Shown here: piece after piece, positions 20,554 to 30,949 of the stretch
How the letters are laid out: every line of letters starts with the position of its first letter
Numbering within the stretch: position 1 is the first letter of the stretch
Assembly: GCA_902576415.1 (NCBI GenBank)
Contig: CACGVZ010000002.1
Location: 11,852 to 75,851, forward strand
Reading direction: 5' to 3'
Source of the DNA: an uncultured Prochlorococcus sp.
GTDB taxonomy: Bacteria > Cyanobacteriota > Cyanobacteriia > PCC-6307 > Cyanobiaceae
Length of the DNA stretch: 64,000 nt
Program-made: the position numbers and the translations under genes
The notes under the pieces: generated by a model
The model's input: only the letters and a program-made list of their open reading frames with translations
Databases searched by the model: none
Told to the model about the DNA's origin: nothing

Positions 20554-21537
20554 GTGGCTGGAACATTATTATTTAATGCTTTGAAAGAGGCAATTGATGA
20601 AGAAATGGCAAATGATGTAAATGTTTGCGTTATGGGAGAAGATGTTGGTCAATATGGAGGATCTTATAAGGTAACTAAGGATTTATATGAAAAATATGGA
20701 GAGTTAAGAGTCTTAGATACACCAATAGCAGAGAATAGTTTTACGGGTATGGCGGTGGGCGCAGCAATGACTGGGTTAAGACCAATAGTAGAAGGAATGA
20801 ATATGGGTTTTTTGCTTTTAGCTTTTAATCAAATATCAAATAATATGGGTATGCTTAGATATACAAGCGGTGGAAATTATAAAATACCAGCAGTAGTTCG
20901 AGGACCTGGAGGAGTTGGTCGACAACTTGGTGCTGAACACAGTCAAAGACTTGAAGCATATTTTCATGCAGTTCCCGGTATAAAGATTGTTGCATGCAGT
21001 ACACCTACAAATGCTAAAGGTTTAATGAAAGCAGCCATAAGAGATGATAATCCGGTTCTATTTTTCGAACATGTTCTTCTATACAATTTGTCTGAAGAAT
21101 TACCTGAAGGTGATTACACTTGCGCTTTAGATCAGGCTGACGTTGTAAAAGAAGGTAAAGATATTACTTTATTGACTTATTCAAGAATGAGACATCACTG
21201 CCTTAAAGCTGTTGAAGAATTAGAAAAAAAAGGAATAGATGTTGAGTTAATCGATTTAATAAGTTTAAAACCGTTTGATATGGAAACCATCTCAAAATCA
21301 ATAAGAAAAACAAATAAAGTAATTATTGTTGAAGAATGTATGAAGACTGGAGGTATTGGTGCAGAATTAATTGCCTTGATAACTGAAGAGTGTTTCGATG
21401 ATCTTGATGCCCGACCAATTAGATTATCTAGTCAGGATATTCCAACTCCGTATAATGGGAATCTTGAGAATTTGACAATAATCCAACCACATCAAATTGT
21501 TGAAAAAGTTGAAGATTTAATTAGTGGGAGTATATAG
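20554..21537 (+). CDS. pdhB: pyruvate dehydrogenase E1 beta subunit
   Basis: [23 protein letters not shown] and GAEHSQRLE. Confidence 0.97.
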   Translation: MAGTLLFNALKEAIDEEMANDVNVCVMGEDVGQYGGSYKVTKDLYEKYGELRVLDTPIAENSFTGMAVGAAMTGLRPIVEGMNMGFLLLAFNQISNNMGMLRYTSGGNYKIPAVVRGPGGVGRQLGAEHSQRLEAYFHAVPGIKIVACSTPTNAKGLMKAAIRDDNPVLFFEHVLLYNLSEELPEGDYTCALDQADVVKEGKDITLLTYSRMRHHCLKAVEELEKKGIDVELIDLISLKPFDMETISKSIRKTNKVIIVEECMKTGGIGAELIALITEECFDDLDARPIRLSSQDIPTPYNGNLENLTIIQPHQIVEKVEDLISGSI

Positions 21538-21540
21538 GCA

Positions 21541-23010
21541 ATGAAAAGAAGGCAAGGTTGGCTTTTCTTTATTATATTTCTACTTACTTTATGTGTATAT
21601 CTATTAATAAATTATCCCTTACAGTTGGGATTGGATTTACGAGGGGGGTCTCAACTTACACTACAAATTATTAAAGAGGAAGGTAATGTAACACGGGATG
21701 AACTTGAAGCAGTTAATTCGGTTATAGATAAACGCGTTAATAATTTAGGAGTTTCCGAGTCTAACTTGCAAACCCTAGGAGGTGATCAATTGATTTTAGA
21801 ATTGCCTGGAGAACAAAATCCGTTAGTTGCATCACGTGTTTTAGGTAAAACTGCTTTATTAGAATTTAGAACTCAAAAAGAAGGAACATCTACAGATCTA
21901 AAAAAACTGCAACTACAGAGATTGAGTATTAAAGAATTAATTAAAGAATATTCCTCTTCAGAAAAAAGTCAGTTTGATGATAATCTCTTAAAAATCATTC
22001 AAGATGATCTTAAAGAGATAGAGCAAGAATTAAATTTCTCATCAAATAGTAATGATTTATATGGGAAGTTAATCGAAATTAAAAAGTATGTTGATAAAGA
22101 AATTACAAATTTATTTATTAAAACAGATTTATCTGGTAAAGATCTTATTAATGCAGGAAGGAGACAAGAACAAACAAATAGTAATTGGGAAGTTTTATTA
22201 ACTTTTAGTAATTCAGGAGGTGAAAAGTTTGCAGAAATTACAAAGTCAATTGCTGGCACTAATCAACTATTGGCTATCATTCTAGATGGCGAATCAATAA
22301 GTGAAGCCAGTGTAGGTAATCAATTTGCTAGTACTGGGATCACAGGTGGTTCAGCAACAATAAGCGGCAATTTTAGTGCTGAAAATGCTAGAGAGTTAGA
22401 AGTTCAACTTAAAGGAGGTTCATTACCATTGCCAATTGAAATAGTAGAAACTAACACTATAGGAGCTCTTTTGGGATCTAATAATATTTTAAAAAGTCTT
22501 TATGCAGCTATTAGTGGATTAATTTTTGTTGGTATATTTATGATTTTTAATTATAGGATCTTAGGTTTTGTTTCAGTTCTCTCTCTAGTTCTTTATGGTT
22601 TCTTTAACTTAGCTCTATATTCTTTAATACCTGTAACTTTGACTTTACCGGGAATATCTGGGCTTATACTTAGCATTGGTATGGCTGTTGATGCAAATAT
22701 TCTAATATTTGAGAGAATTAGAGAGGAATTATATGATGGTAATACTCTTACAAGATCTATTGATAGCGGTTTTCAAAGAGCTAATTCATCCATAGTTGAT
22801 GGCCACATTACAACTCTTCTAAGTTGTTTTGTATTGTTTTTATTAGGAACAAATTTTGTTAAAGGTTTTGCGGCAACATTAGGTATTGGAGTCTTAATAA
22901 GCCTGTTTACCTCACTAAATTGTTCTAAAACTATTTTGCGATTTTTTACAACATATCAATATTTAAGACAAAAAAATCTTTATCTTCCCAAGAATAATTT
23001 CTCAAATTAA
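21541..23010 (+). CDS. secD: protein translocase subunit SecD
   Basis: LGLDLRGG, GSLPLP and IGMAVDANILIFERIREE. Confidence 0.97.
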   Translation: MKRRQGWLFFIIFLLTLCVYLLINYPLQLGLDLRGGSQLTLQIIKEEGNVTRDELEAVNSVIDKRVNNLGVSESNLQTLGGDQLILELPGEQNPLVASRVLGKTALLEFRTQKEGTSTDLKKLQLQRLSIKELIKEYSSSEKSQFDDNLLKIIQDDLKEIEQELNFSSNSNDLYGKLIEIKKYVDKEITNLFIKTDLSGKDLINAGRRQEQTNSNWEVLLTFSNSGGEKFAEITKSIAGTNQLLAIILDGESISEASVGNQFASTGITGGSATISGNFSAENARELEVQLKGGSLPLPIEIVETNTIGALLGSNNILKSLYAAISGLIFVGIFMIFNYRILGFVSVLSLVLYGFFNLALYSLIPVTLTLPGISGLILSIGMAVDANILIFERIREELYDGNTLTRSIDSGFQRANSSIVDGHITTLLSCFVLFLLGTNFVKGFAATLGIGVLISLFTSLNCSKTILRFFTTYQYLRQKNLYLPKNNFSN

Positions 23011-23032
23011 ATTTTTTATTTCTTATTTTCTC

Positions 23033-23947
23033 ATGAAATACAATCTTGAACTTATAAAAAATAAAAGAAAGATAATCAGTTTTTCAACTATTCTTATATT
23101 GTTTAGTCTTATAGGAATTTTATATTCTACTTTTAATACTACTTATAAGAAACCTATAAATTTAGGGATGGATTTTGTTGGGGGAAATGAACTAAGAATA
23201 GAGAGAGTTTGTGAAGAAGAATGTTCTAATTTTTCCCCTGATTTAGTTTTAGAAAAATTAAGAGAGACCTCTAAAAATAAAAAAGTTTTAAATAATATTA
23301 AATTACAATTCCAAAATAAAAATAAATTAATTTCAATAAGAACCCCTTATTTGACTATCGAAGAATCAAATAGTCTTATTAATAATCTTGATAATATTGT
23401 TGGGCCTCTAAATTATGAGAGCAAGGATTCAAGATTAATAGGTCCAAAGCTTGGGAAAAGATTACTTACTAATTGCGTTACTTCATTGTTAGTTTCTTTA
23501 TTTACAATATCTTTATATATAACAATCAGATTTGATAAAAAATATGCGTTATTTGCACTATTAGCTTTATTCCATGATTTAGTAATTGTTTTCGGTATAT
23601 TTTCCTGGTTGGGAGTTATATTATCAGTCGAGGTAAATAGTTTATTTGCTGTGTCATTGTTAACTATTGCCGGTTATTCAGTAAATGATACTGTTGTTAT
23701 ATTTGATAGAATTCGTGAGAATTTAAAATCAAAGAATGAAAGCTATAACGAAATTATTCAATTATCAGTTAACGAAGCATTTAGGAGAACAACGTTTACT
23801 AGTATTACAACCCTTTTCCCTTTACTAAGCATAATTTTGTTTGGATCTTACTCACTATTTTGGTTTTCATTGGCCTTATCTTTAGGAATTATAGTTGGAA
23901 GTTATTCAAGTATTTTATTGGCTCCATCTTTGTTGCTGAAAGACTAA
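23033..23947 (+). CDS. secF: protein translocase subunit SecF
   Basis: GMDFVGG and GYSVNDTVVIFDRIREN. Confidence 0.96.
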   Translation: MKYNLELIKNKRKIISFSTILILFSLIGILYSTFNTTYKKPINLGMDFVGGNELRIERVCEEECSNFSPDLVLEKLRETSKNKKVLNNIKLQFQNKNKLISIRTPYLTIEESNSLINNLDNIVGPLNYESKDSRLIGPKLGKRLLTNCVTSLLVSLFTISLYITIRFDKKYALFALLALFHDLVIVFGIFSWLGVILSVEVNSLFAVSLLTIAGYSVNDTVVIFDRIRENLKSKNESYNEIIQLSVNEAFRRTTFTSITTLFPLLSIILFGSYSLFWFSLALSLGIIVGSYSSILLAPSLLLKD

Positions 23948-23965
23948 AAACAACCTTCTAATTTT

Positions 23966-24148
23966 ATGAAATTAAATTATTATTTGATAGTTTTATTTTC
24001 TTTAGTTTTAATAGATCTTTCTACTGAGTTAAGAATATTATTTGATCATTTTACTTTTAGTTCATTATATTTTGCTATTGGTAAACATCCCCTAGCCTTC
24101 TTTATACTTTTTTCATATCCATATTTATATAAAAAATTAATTAAGTAG
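23966..24148 (+). CDS. small hydrophobic hypothetical protein (60 aa)
   Basis: fills the secF to AI-2E gap exactly; ELRILFDHFTF…HPLA. Confidence 0.65.
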   Translation: MKLNYYLIVLFSLVLIDLSTELRILFDHFTFSSLYFAIGKHPLAFFILFSYPYLYKKLIK

Positions 24149-24151
24149 TTT

Positions 24152-25195
24152 TTAAATATCTTTAAATGAATCTTTTACTATAACCTGTATTACTACAGCT
24201 AATGGAAGAGATAAAATTAGGCCTAATGGACCAAAAATGAAGGTGAATCCAAATTGTGAAATTAATGTTAGACCAGGAAGTAAGTTTGCTTTTTTCTTCA
24301 TTATGGATGGCATTATTATATAGCTTTCAATATTTTGAATGATTACATAAGCTCCTAATACGGCCAGTGGCTTCCAAAAATTATCGAGTAGTGCAATTGA
24401 GATAGGAAATATACCACTTATAACTGGACCTATATTTGGAATTACATTAAGAACCATTGCTATTAAAGCATTTGAGACAACATATTTGACATCTAATATA
24501 GATAAAACAATTAATGATAATAAACCTACAGATAATGAGCTTATGACCATAGAAAAGGTCCAATTTGCTAATGCAATATTGCATTTTTCAAGAATATTTC
24601 TAAATTTGTTACGGTAGTTTTTTGGTATTAATAGAAGTATATTTTCTTTATATTGTTTTGGTTCAATAGAAATCATCAAACTAACAGCTAATACGAATAT
24701 TAATTTCAAAAGACCCGAACCTAGATTTCCCGCTATGTTTATTAGATTCTTAAAACTTTCTTGAATAGCTTTTGCAATAGTTGAGACATCTGGAATGGTA
24801 ACTACATTATTTATAAGATTGAATATGTCTATAACGTTTTCTGATTTTTCACCATAAAATATATTATTAAGTTTGTTCAGATTTGTATTAATCAAAATAT
24901 TTATTTTTGATAAACCATTTGGAATATCAACTAGTATTTCATTGAATTCTTTTATGAAAGGAGGCAATACAAGAATAAAAATAGTAAATACTATTACTGA
25001 TATAACAGTTAATACTAGAAACAAAGAAAGTGATCGAGGAATTTTCAATCCCTTTTGTATTTGATTACATAAATTACATACTATATTTGAAATTACTAAA
25101 GAACAGATTATTAGTAGGAGAAAATCCCTTAAAGTCCATATTATTAACGAAGTTATTAATATTACTAATAACTTGAAATATGAAGGACTACTCAA
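24152..25195 (-). CDS. AI-2E (PerM) family permease
   Basis: multi-TM; LNVIPNIGP, QNIESYII.P and FG.LGLILSLPLA. Confidence 0.9.
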   Translation of the reverse strand: MSSPSYFKLLVILITSLIIWTLRDFLLLIICSLVISNIVCNLCNQIQKGLKIPRSLSLFLVLTVISVIVFTIFILVLPPFIKEFNEILVDIPNGLSKINILINTNLNKLNNIFYGEKSENVIDIFNLINNVVTIPDVSTIAKAIQESFKNLINIAGNLGSGLLKLIFVLAVSLMISIEPKQYKENILLLIPKNYRNKFRNILEKCNIALANWTFSMVISSLSVGLLSLIVLSILDVKYVVSNALIAMVLNVIPNIGPVISGIFPISIALLDNFWKPLAVLGAYVIIQNIESYIIMPSIMKKKANLLPGLTLISQFGFTFIFGPLGLILSLPLAVVIQVIVKDSFKDI

Positions 25196-25208
25196 TTTTT
25201 AAAATATT

Positions 25209-25562
25209 CTACTTCTTTTCAGAATATCCTAATCCATTTGATTTGGCATAACTATTTGCAAATCTCATAAATCTATCAAAGTCTGATGTGTTCTTCCAAA
25301 TATAAACTGCTTCTAAAAATATGGGTTCTCCATCAACAAACTTTACTTTAACTTCCCTAGTTAGTATTTCGCCTTCGGAATCAATCATACGCATACCTGT
25401 AATTTCGCCGTCTGTAATTGAAGATAATGCCTGAGGTTTTTCGAACAAAAATAATGCTTGGCCGGTGGTACCATCTTTACTCCTAGTCAGTCTTATTTCA
25501 GGCACTACTGGTTCATCAGTTCCCTCATAAAATTGTATTTTTGCAGTTTTATTTGCTGTCAT
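25209..25562 (-). CDS. psb28: photosystem II reaction-centre protein Psb28
   Basis: [22 protein letters not shown]...[11 protein letters not shown]. Confidence 0.96.
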   Translation of the reverse strand: MTANKTAKIQFYEGTDEPVVPEIRLTRSKDGTTGQALFLFEKPQALSSITDGEITGMRMIDSEGEILTREVKVKFVDGEPIFLEAVYIWKNTSDFDRFMRFANSYAKSNGLGYSEKK

Positions 25563-25622
25563 AATATTCGATCAATAATTTTTTATTTTAGGAAATATTT
25601 TTCGTATTCGTTTGTAATTATT

Positions 25623-26663
25623 TCACAAAACATTATTTATTAACTCTATAATCCTTTCATCATATTTTTTGTCGGTTAAGTCTAATAATTTTATATTTGT
25701 TCTACCAACCTTTTCAAATTCATAGCATTTATCGTAATAATCTAGAACTGATCTGCAAACTAAGTCCCATTTCTCATTATTAATTGATTCAAGAGCTATT
25801 TTTGTTCTTTGCGGTCCTAATCTTTTTTTTATCCTTAATACAGATTCTTGAAGTTCCTCTTTCTTAAAAACACTATAAGTATCTATCAACTCATCTAACC
25901 TGTTAGATTCGCTTCTTAAAATTTCAATTCTCCTAGATTTTTTCATCTGATTGAAAAATTCATGAGGAATTTTGCATTTACCTATATTTGCACTTTCAGC
26001 TTCTACAAAAATATTATTAGAACATTTAAAAGAATTTAATTTTTCTGCAATTAGATTTTCAAATTGTTCATTTGAAGGTTGTTCTTTCATTCCTAAACCT
26101 CCAAATGTACTTCCTCTATGACATGCAAATCCTTCAAGATCGATAGTTTGATATTTATATTTCTCTAGTAATGCTAATAATCTTGTCTTCCCAGTTCCTG
26201 TTTTTCCGCCAATAACTACTATATTCAACTTTTTTGAGAAACTATTTAATACCCATCTTCTATATATTTTATATCCTCCCTTAAGTGTTATTGGATTTAA
26301 TTTATATTTTTCTAGTAACCACGCAATGCTTTGCGAACGCATTCCTCCTCTAGAGCAATATATTCTGATAGGATTTTCATTATTTTTATTATTAATAGTT
26401 TTATAAGAATCAATCTTCATGAATAAATTATCAAGAAGTAATTCAATTTTTTTTTCAAAAAATTTTAATCCCTCCATGACTGCTTTTTTTCTTCCTTCCT
26501 TTTTATAAATCGTGCCAATTATAGATCTCTCATCATTATCAAATAGTGGAATGTTAATAGAATTAGGCAGGTGTCCTTTATAATATTCACTCGGGCTTCT
26601 AACATCTATAAGTGGTCCTTTAAAACTTCTAAATTTCTCTAGTTCTTTTCTTTTGAAATACAT
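25623..26663 (-). CDS. mnmH: tRNA 2-selenouridine synthase
   Basis: rhodanese IDVRSPSEY…YCSRGGMRS, P-loop GKTGTGKT, and DLEGFACHRGS. Confidence 0.93.
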   Translation of the reverse strand: MYFKRKELEKFRSFKGPLIDVRSPSEYYKGHLPNSINIPLFDNDERSIIGTIYKKEGRKKAVMEGLKFFEKKIELLLDNLFMKIDSYKTINNKNNENPIRIYCSRGGMRSQSIAWLLEKYKLNPITLKGGYKIYRRWVLNSFSKKLNIVVIGGKTGTGKTRLLALLEKYKYQTIDLEGFACHRGSTFGGLGMKEQPSNEQFENLIAEKLNSFKCSNNIFVEAESANIGKCKIPHEFFNQMKKSRRIEILRSESNRLDELIDTYSVFKKEELQESVLRIKKRLGPQRTKIALESINNEKWDLVCRSVLDYYDKCYEFEKVGRTNIKLLDLTDKKYDERIIELINNVL

Positions 26664-26698
26664 GGATAGTTTTTAATTTTTTAGATCGATTTTTTAAA

Positions 26699-27418
26699 AT
26701 GAATAACAAAGAACAAGATAACTATAATAATGCTACATCAGATCTTATAAAAAAATTTGTAGATTCCAATCAAAGAAAAAGAATAAATTCATTAATTCAA
26801 ATAGAATCTAACGTCGAAAATATTTTTAATCTTGGCCCTTCACTGTTTGATATCTTTGATAGAAATGGAGATGACTGGGCTGCCGGTTGGATATTGCAAG
26901 TTTTAAAAAAATTTAAGCCTGAATTCTTTGAAAACTCTAAATTCAATAATTGGTTTAATACATATTCAGATATTGATATTAATTATGATGATTTGCAATT
27001 GATGTTGGTTGAGCAAAAATTTGAAGAGGCAGATAGATTAACAAGTTCTTATTTACGAAAATTAGCTGGAAAATTAGCTGAAAAACGTGGATATGTTTTC
27101 TATAGTGAAGTTAAGAATATGTCAGGTAAAGATCTAGAAACAATAGATAGATTATGGACTATTTATTCTACTGGTAGATTTGGATTCTCAATTCAGGCAA
27201 AGATATTAAAATCAGTAGGAAAAAAATATGAATTAATGTGGCCGAAAATAGGTTGGAAAAAAGAAGGCTTATGGACAAGATATCCAGGATCTTTTTGCTG
27301 GTCGTTGGATGCTCCTGATGGACATATGCCTTTAATTAATCAACTAAGAGGAGTAAGGCTTATGGACTCTATCCTACGGCATCCTGCTATTGCAGAGAGA
27401 CATAATAATATTCTTTAA
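26699..27418 (+). CDS. gun4: GUN4-domain Mg-chelatase activator
   Basis: FEEADRLT, DLETIDRLW..YS.GRFGFSIQ and AP.GH.P. Confidence 0.88.
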   Translation: MNNKEQDNYNNATSDLIKKFVDSNQRKRINSLIQIESNVENIFNLGPSLFDIFDRNGDDWAAGWILQVLKKFKPEFFENSKFNNWFNTYSDIDINYDDLQLMLVEQKFEEADRLTSSYLRKLAGKLAEKRGYVFYSEVKNMSGKDLETIDRLWTIYSTGRFGFSIQAKILKSVGKKYELMWPKIGWKKEGLWTRYPGSFCWSLDAPDGHMPLINQLRGVRLMDSILRHPAIAERHNNIL

Positions 27419-27466
27419 ATTGAGGTATTTAATAGGTTAAAATTAATACAGTATCAAAATATTAAT

Positions 27467-27901
27467 ATGTCCTTATTTCGGGGCAAAAATATTTTAAAGA
27501 AATTTTTTAAAAGACCAAAGATTAACTGGTCAAACTATGAATTTGAATCATCATTACAGTTAAATGAATTTGTCGATCAATTATTAGAACCTATTAAAAA
27601 TTCTCAATCAAGCTATCTTATAAAACTTGGTTTACATGAAGCTCTTGTTAACGCTGTAAAACATGGAAATAAATTAGATCCTAAAAAAAATATTAGAGTA
27701 AGAAGAATAATTACTCCCAATTGGTGTGTTTGGCAAATTCAAGATCAAGGTAATGGTTTAGAAATAAAAAAAAGAGATTATAAATTACCAAAAAAAATAA
27801 GTAGTGTTAATGGCCGTGGTTTATACATTATTAATGAATGTTTTGATGATATTAGATGGAGCAGTAAAGGTAATAGGCTTCAGTTGGCTTTAAAAAGGTG
27901 A
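27467..27901 (+). CDS. RsbW/SpoIIAB-like anti-sigma-factor HATPase
   Basis: LHEALVNAVKHGN, IQDQGNG and GRGLYII. Confidence 0.88.
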   Translation: MSLFRGKNILKKFFKRPKINWSNYEFESSLQLNEFVDQLLEPIKNSQSSYLIKLGLHEALVNAVKHGNKLDPKKNIRVRRIITPNWCVWQIQDQGNGLEIKKRDYKLPKKISSVNGRGLYIINECFDDIRWSSKGNRLQLALKR

Positions 27902-28143
27902 TTTTTACTAGGACAAGGTTGATTCACATTAATATCTTTTAACCATTTAATACTTTCTTCTATATACTCAATAGTTTCTTTCTCATTACAAGAAATAATT
28001 AAATGGCATAATCCTGCTGAAATTAATTCTGCAGATCGTTTATATTTATTTCCTTTATCTTTATGCCATTTAGAATGATCAATCTTTAATTTGTCATTAA
28101 GACTTTGAACAAGCTGAATAGTATCTTTATCCCAATAGGTCAT
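27880..28143 (-). CDS. conserved cyanobacterial hypothetical protein (DUF6439-like)
   Basis: LKIDHSKWH..KGN..RSAELISA…WL…PCP. Confidence 0.7.
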   Translation of the reverse strand: MTYWDKDTIQLVQSLNDKLKIDHSKWHKDKGNKYKRSAELISAGLCHLIISCNEKETIEYIEESIKWLKDINVNQPCPSKNHLFKAN

Positions 28144-28155
28144 AGAAGTTTTTAT

Positions 28156-29211
28156 TTACTTTACAGCAGACCATACTTTAGTCATAAAAAAGGAATTTGA
28201 TTTTACATCTTTAAAACCTACTTCCTCTATTTTAGAATTTATATCCTCTTTTATGTAATCACTATAAAAAGGCTCATGAAAAGATTTATAGAAGCTTTCC
28301 ATTACGGAAGTAAAGTCGGGTGAATCACTTATTTGAATTGAATCAGCTAATACTAATATACCCCCAGGTTCAAGAACTCTAAAAAATTCATTTAATACTT
28401 TAGCTCTAATTGTTCTAGGTAATTCATGAAATAAATAAACACAAGAAATGCATTGAAAACTATCATTTTCAAAAGGTAAATCTTCAGCATTACCTTTTAT
28501 TAACTGAATTAAATCTCCATCTAAATCTGAAATATATCTACTTGCCTCTTTTAAGTATGAATCAGATAAATCAATTCCTGTTATTTTTTCTTTAGGAAAT
28601 GCTGCTCTTAATTGTTTTAATGTTCTTCCTGATCCTGTTGCTACATCAAGTATTTTTATAGAACTTTTTTTTCTATCTCTAAAAATTTCAAGTCCATCTT
28701 TTATTGGCTTAATTATTCTTCTCCTCATTGAGTCAGCACTTCCATTGAAAAGTATCTCTACTTGTAGGTCATAAATGCTAGCTGAAAAGTCTGATAAATA
28801 ACCATCTGTTTGATGATGAAAATTTCTCAAGTAATATTGAGGATAATTATCTTTATCAATTGATTTTGGAAGATCATCAAAGTTTTGTTTTCTGCGTCTA
28901 TCCCATGTATTAGGCATATCTAGCCAAATTTTAGGATATTGAGTTAGATATCTAAGCCATGGCTCGTTAAACAATAATTTTTTTGGATATATATTTTTTT
29001 CTGCATCATTCCAATCTTCTTCTCTTAATTTATCCATTGAATTTTGGATTTGCATTAGAAGATTCTTATCTATATCAAAATTTTCAAGCTTCGAATCAGG
29101 AAGAATAAAATTCATTAATCTTGAACTGATTTGCTTGTGTGCAAAACCTGCAATGCTTTTACTTTGTTGTAGCGTTTTATATGCAATTTTTGAAATAGAA
29201 TCCCTAGCCAT
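28156..29211 (-). CDS. class I SAM-dependent methyltransferase (UbiE-like fold)
   Basis: ILDVATGSGR, GIDLS, GNAEDLPF and YLRNFHHQTDGYLS. Confidence 0.88.
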   Translation of the reverse strand: MARDSISKIAYKTLQQSKSIAGFAHKQISSRLMNFILPDSKLENFDIDKNLLMQIQNSMDKLREEDWNDAEKNIYPKKLLFNEPWLRYLTQYPKIWLDMPNTWDRRRKQNFDDLPKSIDKDNYPQYYLRNFHHQTDGYLSDFSASIYDLQVEILFNGSADSMRRRIIKPIKDGLEIFRDRKKSSIKILDVATGSGRTLKQLRAAFPKEKITGIDLSDSYLKEASRYISDLDGDLIQLIKGNAEDLPFENDSFQCISCVYLFHELPRTIRAKVLNEFFRVLEPGGILVLADSIQISDSPDFTSVMESFYKSFHEPFYSDYIKEDINSKIEEVGFKDVKSNSFFMTKVWSAVK

Positions 29212-29239
29212 TTTTCAATTTATATATATATATTTCAAC

Positions 29240-29288
29240 AAAAAAAAAATCAATTTGAGAATATTTTGTGATATTTCTCAAATTGATT
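29240..29288 (-). terminator. intrinsic terminator after glnA
   Basis: perfect 14-bp inverted repeat AATCAATTTGAGAA (29248-29261) / TTCTCAAATTGATT (29275-29288), followed on the minus strand by a U-tract (A10 at 29240-29249). Confidence 0.7.
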
Positions 29289-29313
29289 AACTTAAAAAAA
29301 AGCGTTTTTTTAA

Positions 29314-30735
29314 TTATGCATCGTAATACATGAAGAATTCATGTGGATGAGGCCTTTGTCTTAGTTGTTGTACCTCTTCGTATTTTATATCGATAAAGTT
29401 ATCGATAAAATCTTCAGTAAACACTCCACCAGCTAATAGATAATCCTTATCAGCCTTTAGCGCATTAAGGGAGTCATTTAGAGAAGAAGGTACTGTATCA
29501 ATTTTTGCAAGTTCATCAGCTGGAAGTTCAAATAAATCTACATCTACTCCATCACCAGGATCAATTTGATTTTTGATTCCATCAATACCAGCAAGCATCA
29601 TTACAGAAAATGCTAAGTAAGGATTTGCAAGAGCGTCACCTGATCTAAATTCTAATCTTTTAGCTTTAGGACTTGGACCTGTTAAAGGTATTCTTACTGC
29701 AGCTGACCTATTACCCTCAGAATAAACTAGATTTACAGGTGCTTCGAATCCTGGAACCAATCTCTTATAACTATTAGTTGTTGGGTTAGTAAATGCTAGG
29801 AATGAAGGCGCGTGTTTAAGTATACCTCCTATGTACCATCTTGCTGTTTGAGATAAATTTGCATATGCTCCTTCACCAAAAAATAGTGGTTGTCCACTCT
29901 TCCATAAACTTTGGTGAACATGCATTCCGGTTCCGTTGTCGTTAAAAACAGGCTTGGGCATAAATGTTGCAGTTTTACCATATTTTTTTGCAACATTTCT
30001 GACAACGTATTTATAAGTCATAACGTTATCAGCAGCATTTATTAACGAATCAAATTTCATTCCAAGCTCGTGTTGTCCGGCACCAGCAACTTCATGGTGA
30101 TGTTTCTCTGTGGGAATACCTAATTCACCCATAAGAAGAAGCATCTCAGATCTGATATCTTGCGCAGTATCATTTGGAGCTACTGGAAAATATCCTTCTT
30201 TGTATTGTATTTTGTATCCTAAGTTTCCCCCTTCTTCAATCCTCCCTGTGTTCCATGGAGCTTCAATAGTGTCTACACTATAAAAACAACTTCCTTCTTT
30301 AGAGTCATATCTAACATCATCAAATAAAAAGAATTCTGGTTCTGGTCCAAAAAATGCTGTATCAGCTATACCAGTTGAATCTAAATATTTTAATGCTTTT
30401 TGGGCTAAAGCTCTGGGACACCTATCATAAGGCTCCCCACTTCTTGGCTCTTGAATAGAGCAAATCATACTTAGAGTTTTATGTTTATAAAAAGGATCTA
30501 TCCAAGCTGTACTTGCATCAGGAACCATTGACATATCGGAGGCATTAATTGCTTTCCAACCTCTTATTGATGAACCATCAAATGCTAGACCTTCTGTAAA
30601 TGAATCCTCTTCTATCATGTCCGATGTAAGAGTTAAATGTTGCCATTTACCATGGATGTCTGTGAATTTTAAATCGATGAGTTCAATTCCTTCGTCTTTA
30701 ATTTGACTTAAAACATCTTGTGGAGACTTAGACAT
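29314..30735 (-). CDS. glnA: glutamine synthetase type I
   Basis: [30 protein letters not shown] and NRSA; ATG at 30735 (MSKSPQDV) chosen because the longer ORF overlaps the NtcA promoter. Confidence 0.98.
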   Translation of the reverse strand: MSKSPQDVLSQIKDEGIELIDLKFTDIHGKWQHLTLTSDMIEEDSFTEGLAFDGSSIRGWKAINASDMSMVPDASTAWIDPFYKHKTLSMICSIQEPRSGEPYDRCPRALAQKALKYLDSTGIADTAFFGPEPEFFLFDDVRYDSKEGSCFYSVDTIEAPWNTGRIEEGGNLGYKIQYKEGYFPVAPNDTAQDIRSEMLLLMGELGIPTEKHHHEVAGAGQHELGMKFDSLINAADNVMTYKYVVRNVAKKYGKTATFMPKPVFNDNGTGMHVHQSLWKSGQPLFFGEGAYANLSQTARWYIGGILKHAPSFLAFTNPTTNSYKRLVPGFEAPVNLVYSEGNRSAAVRIPLTGPSPKAKRLEFRSGDALANPYLAFSVMMLAGIDGIKNQIDPGDGVDVDLFELPADELAKIDTVPSSLNDSLNALKADKDYLLAGGVFTEDFIDNFIDIKYEEVQQLRQRPHPHEFFMYYDA

Positions 30736-30757
30736 AACTTTTGAGATACCTTCTATG

Positions 30758-30799
30758 AAATTAATAACTTGATGATTCTTATTATGTATCAAACGTAAC
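30758..30799 (-). promoter_or_regulatory. NtcA-activated glnA promoter
   Basis: minus strand GTT-ACGTTTGA-TAC (30799-30786), then exactly 22 nt, then TAATTT (TAN3T -10 box at 30763-30758). Confidence 0.85.
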
Positions 30800-30949
30800 T
30801 TTTTTCAACACTAGGTATCTTCTTTCAGTGTTTCAAGTCATAACTTTAATAATTATTTACTTAATTATTTAAATTGAATTAATTTCTATAAAAAAATATC
30901 GCTTAAGAGACGAAATTAGTCTAATTTAAAAGTAATTGAATGTAATGCT

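Noticed and set aside
25611-25629. TGTAA-N5-TCACA upstream of psb28 as a CRP or NtcA site
   Set aside because: The spacing is one base short for both consensus motifs, and it overlaps the mnmH stop
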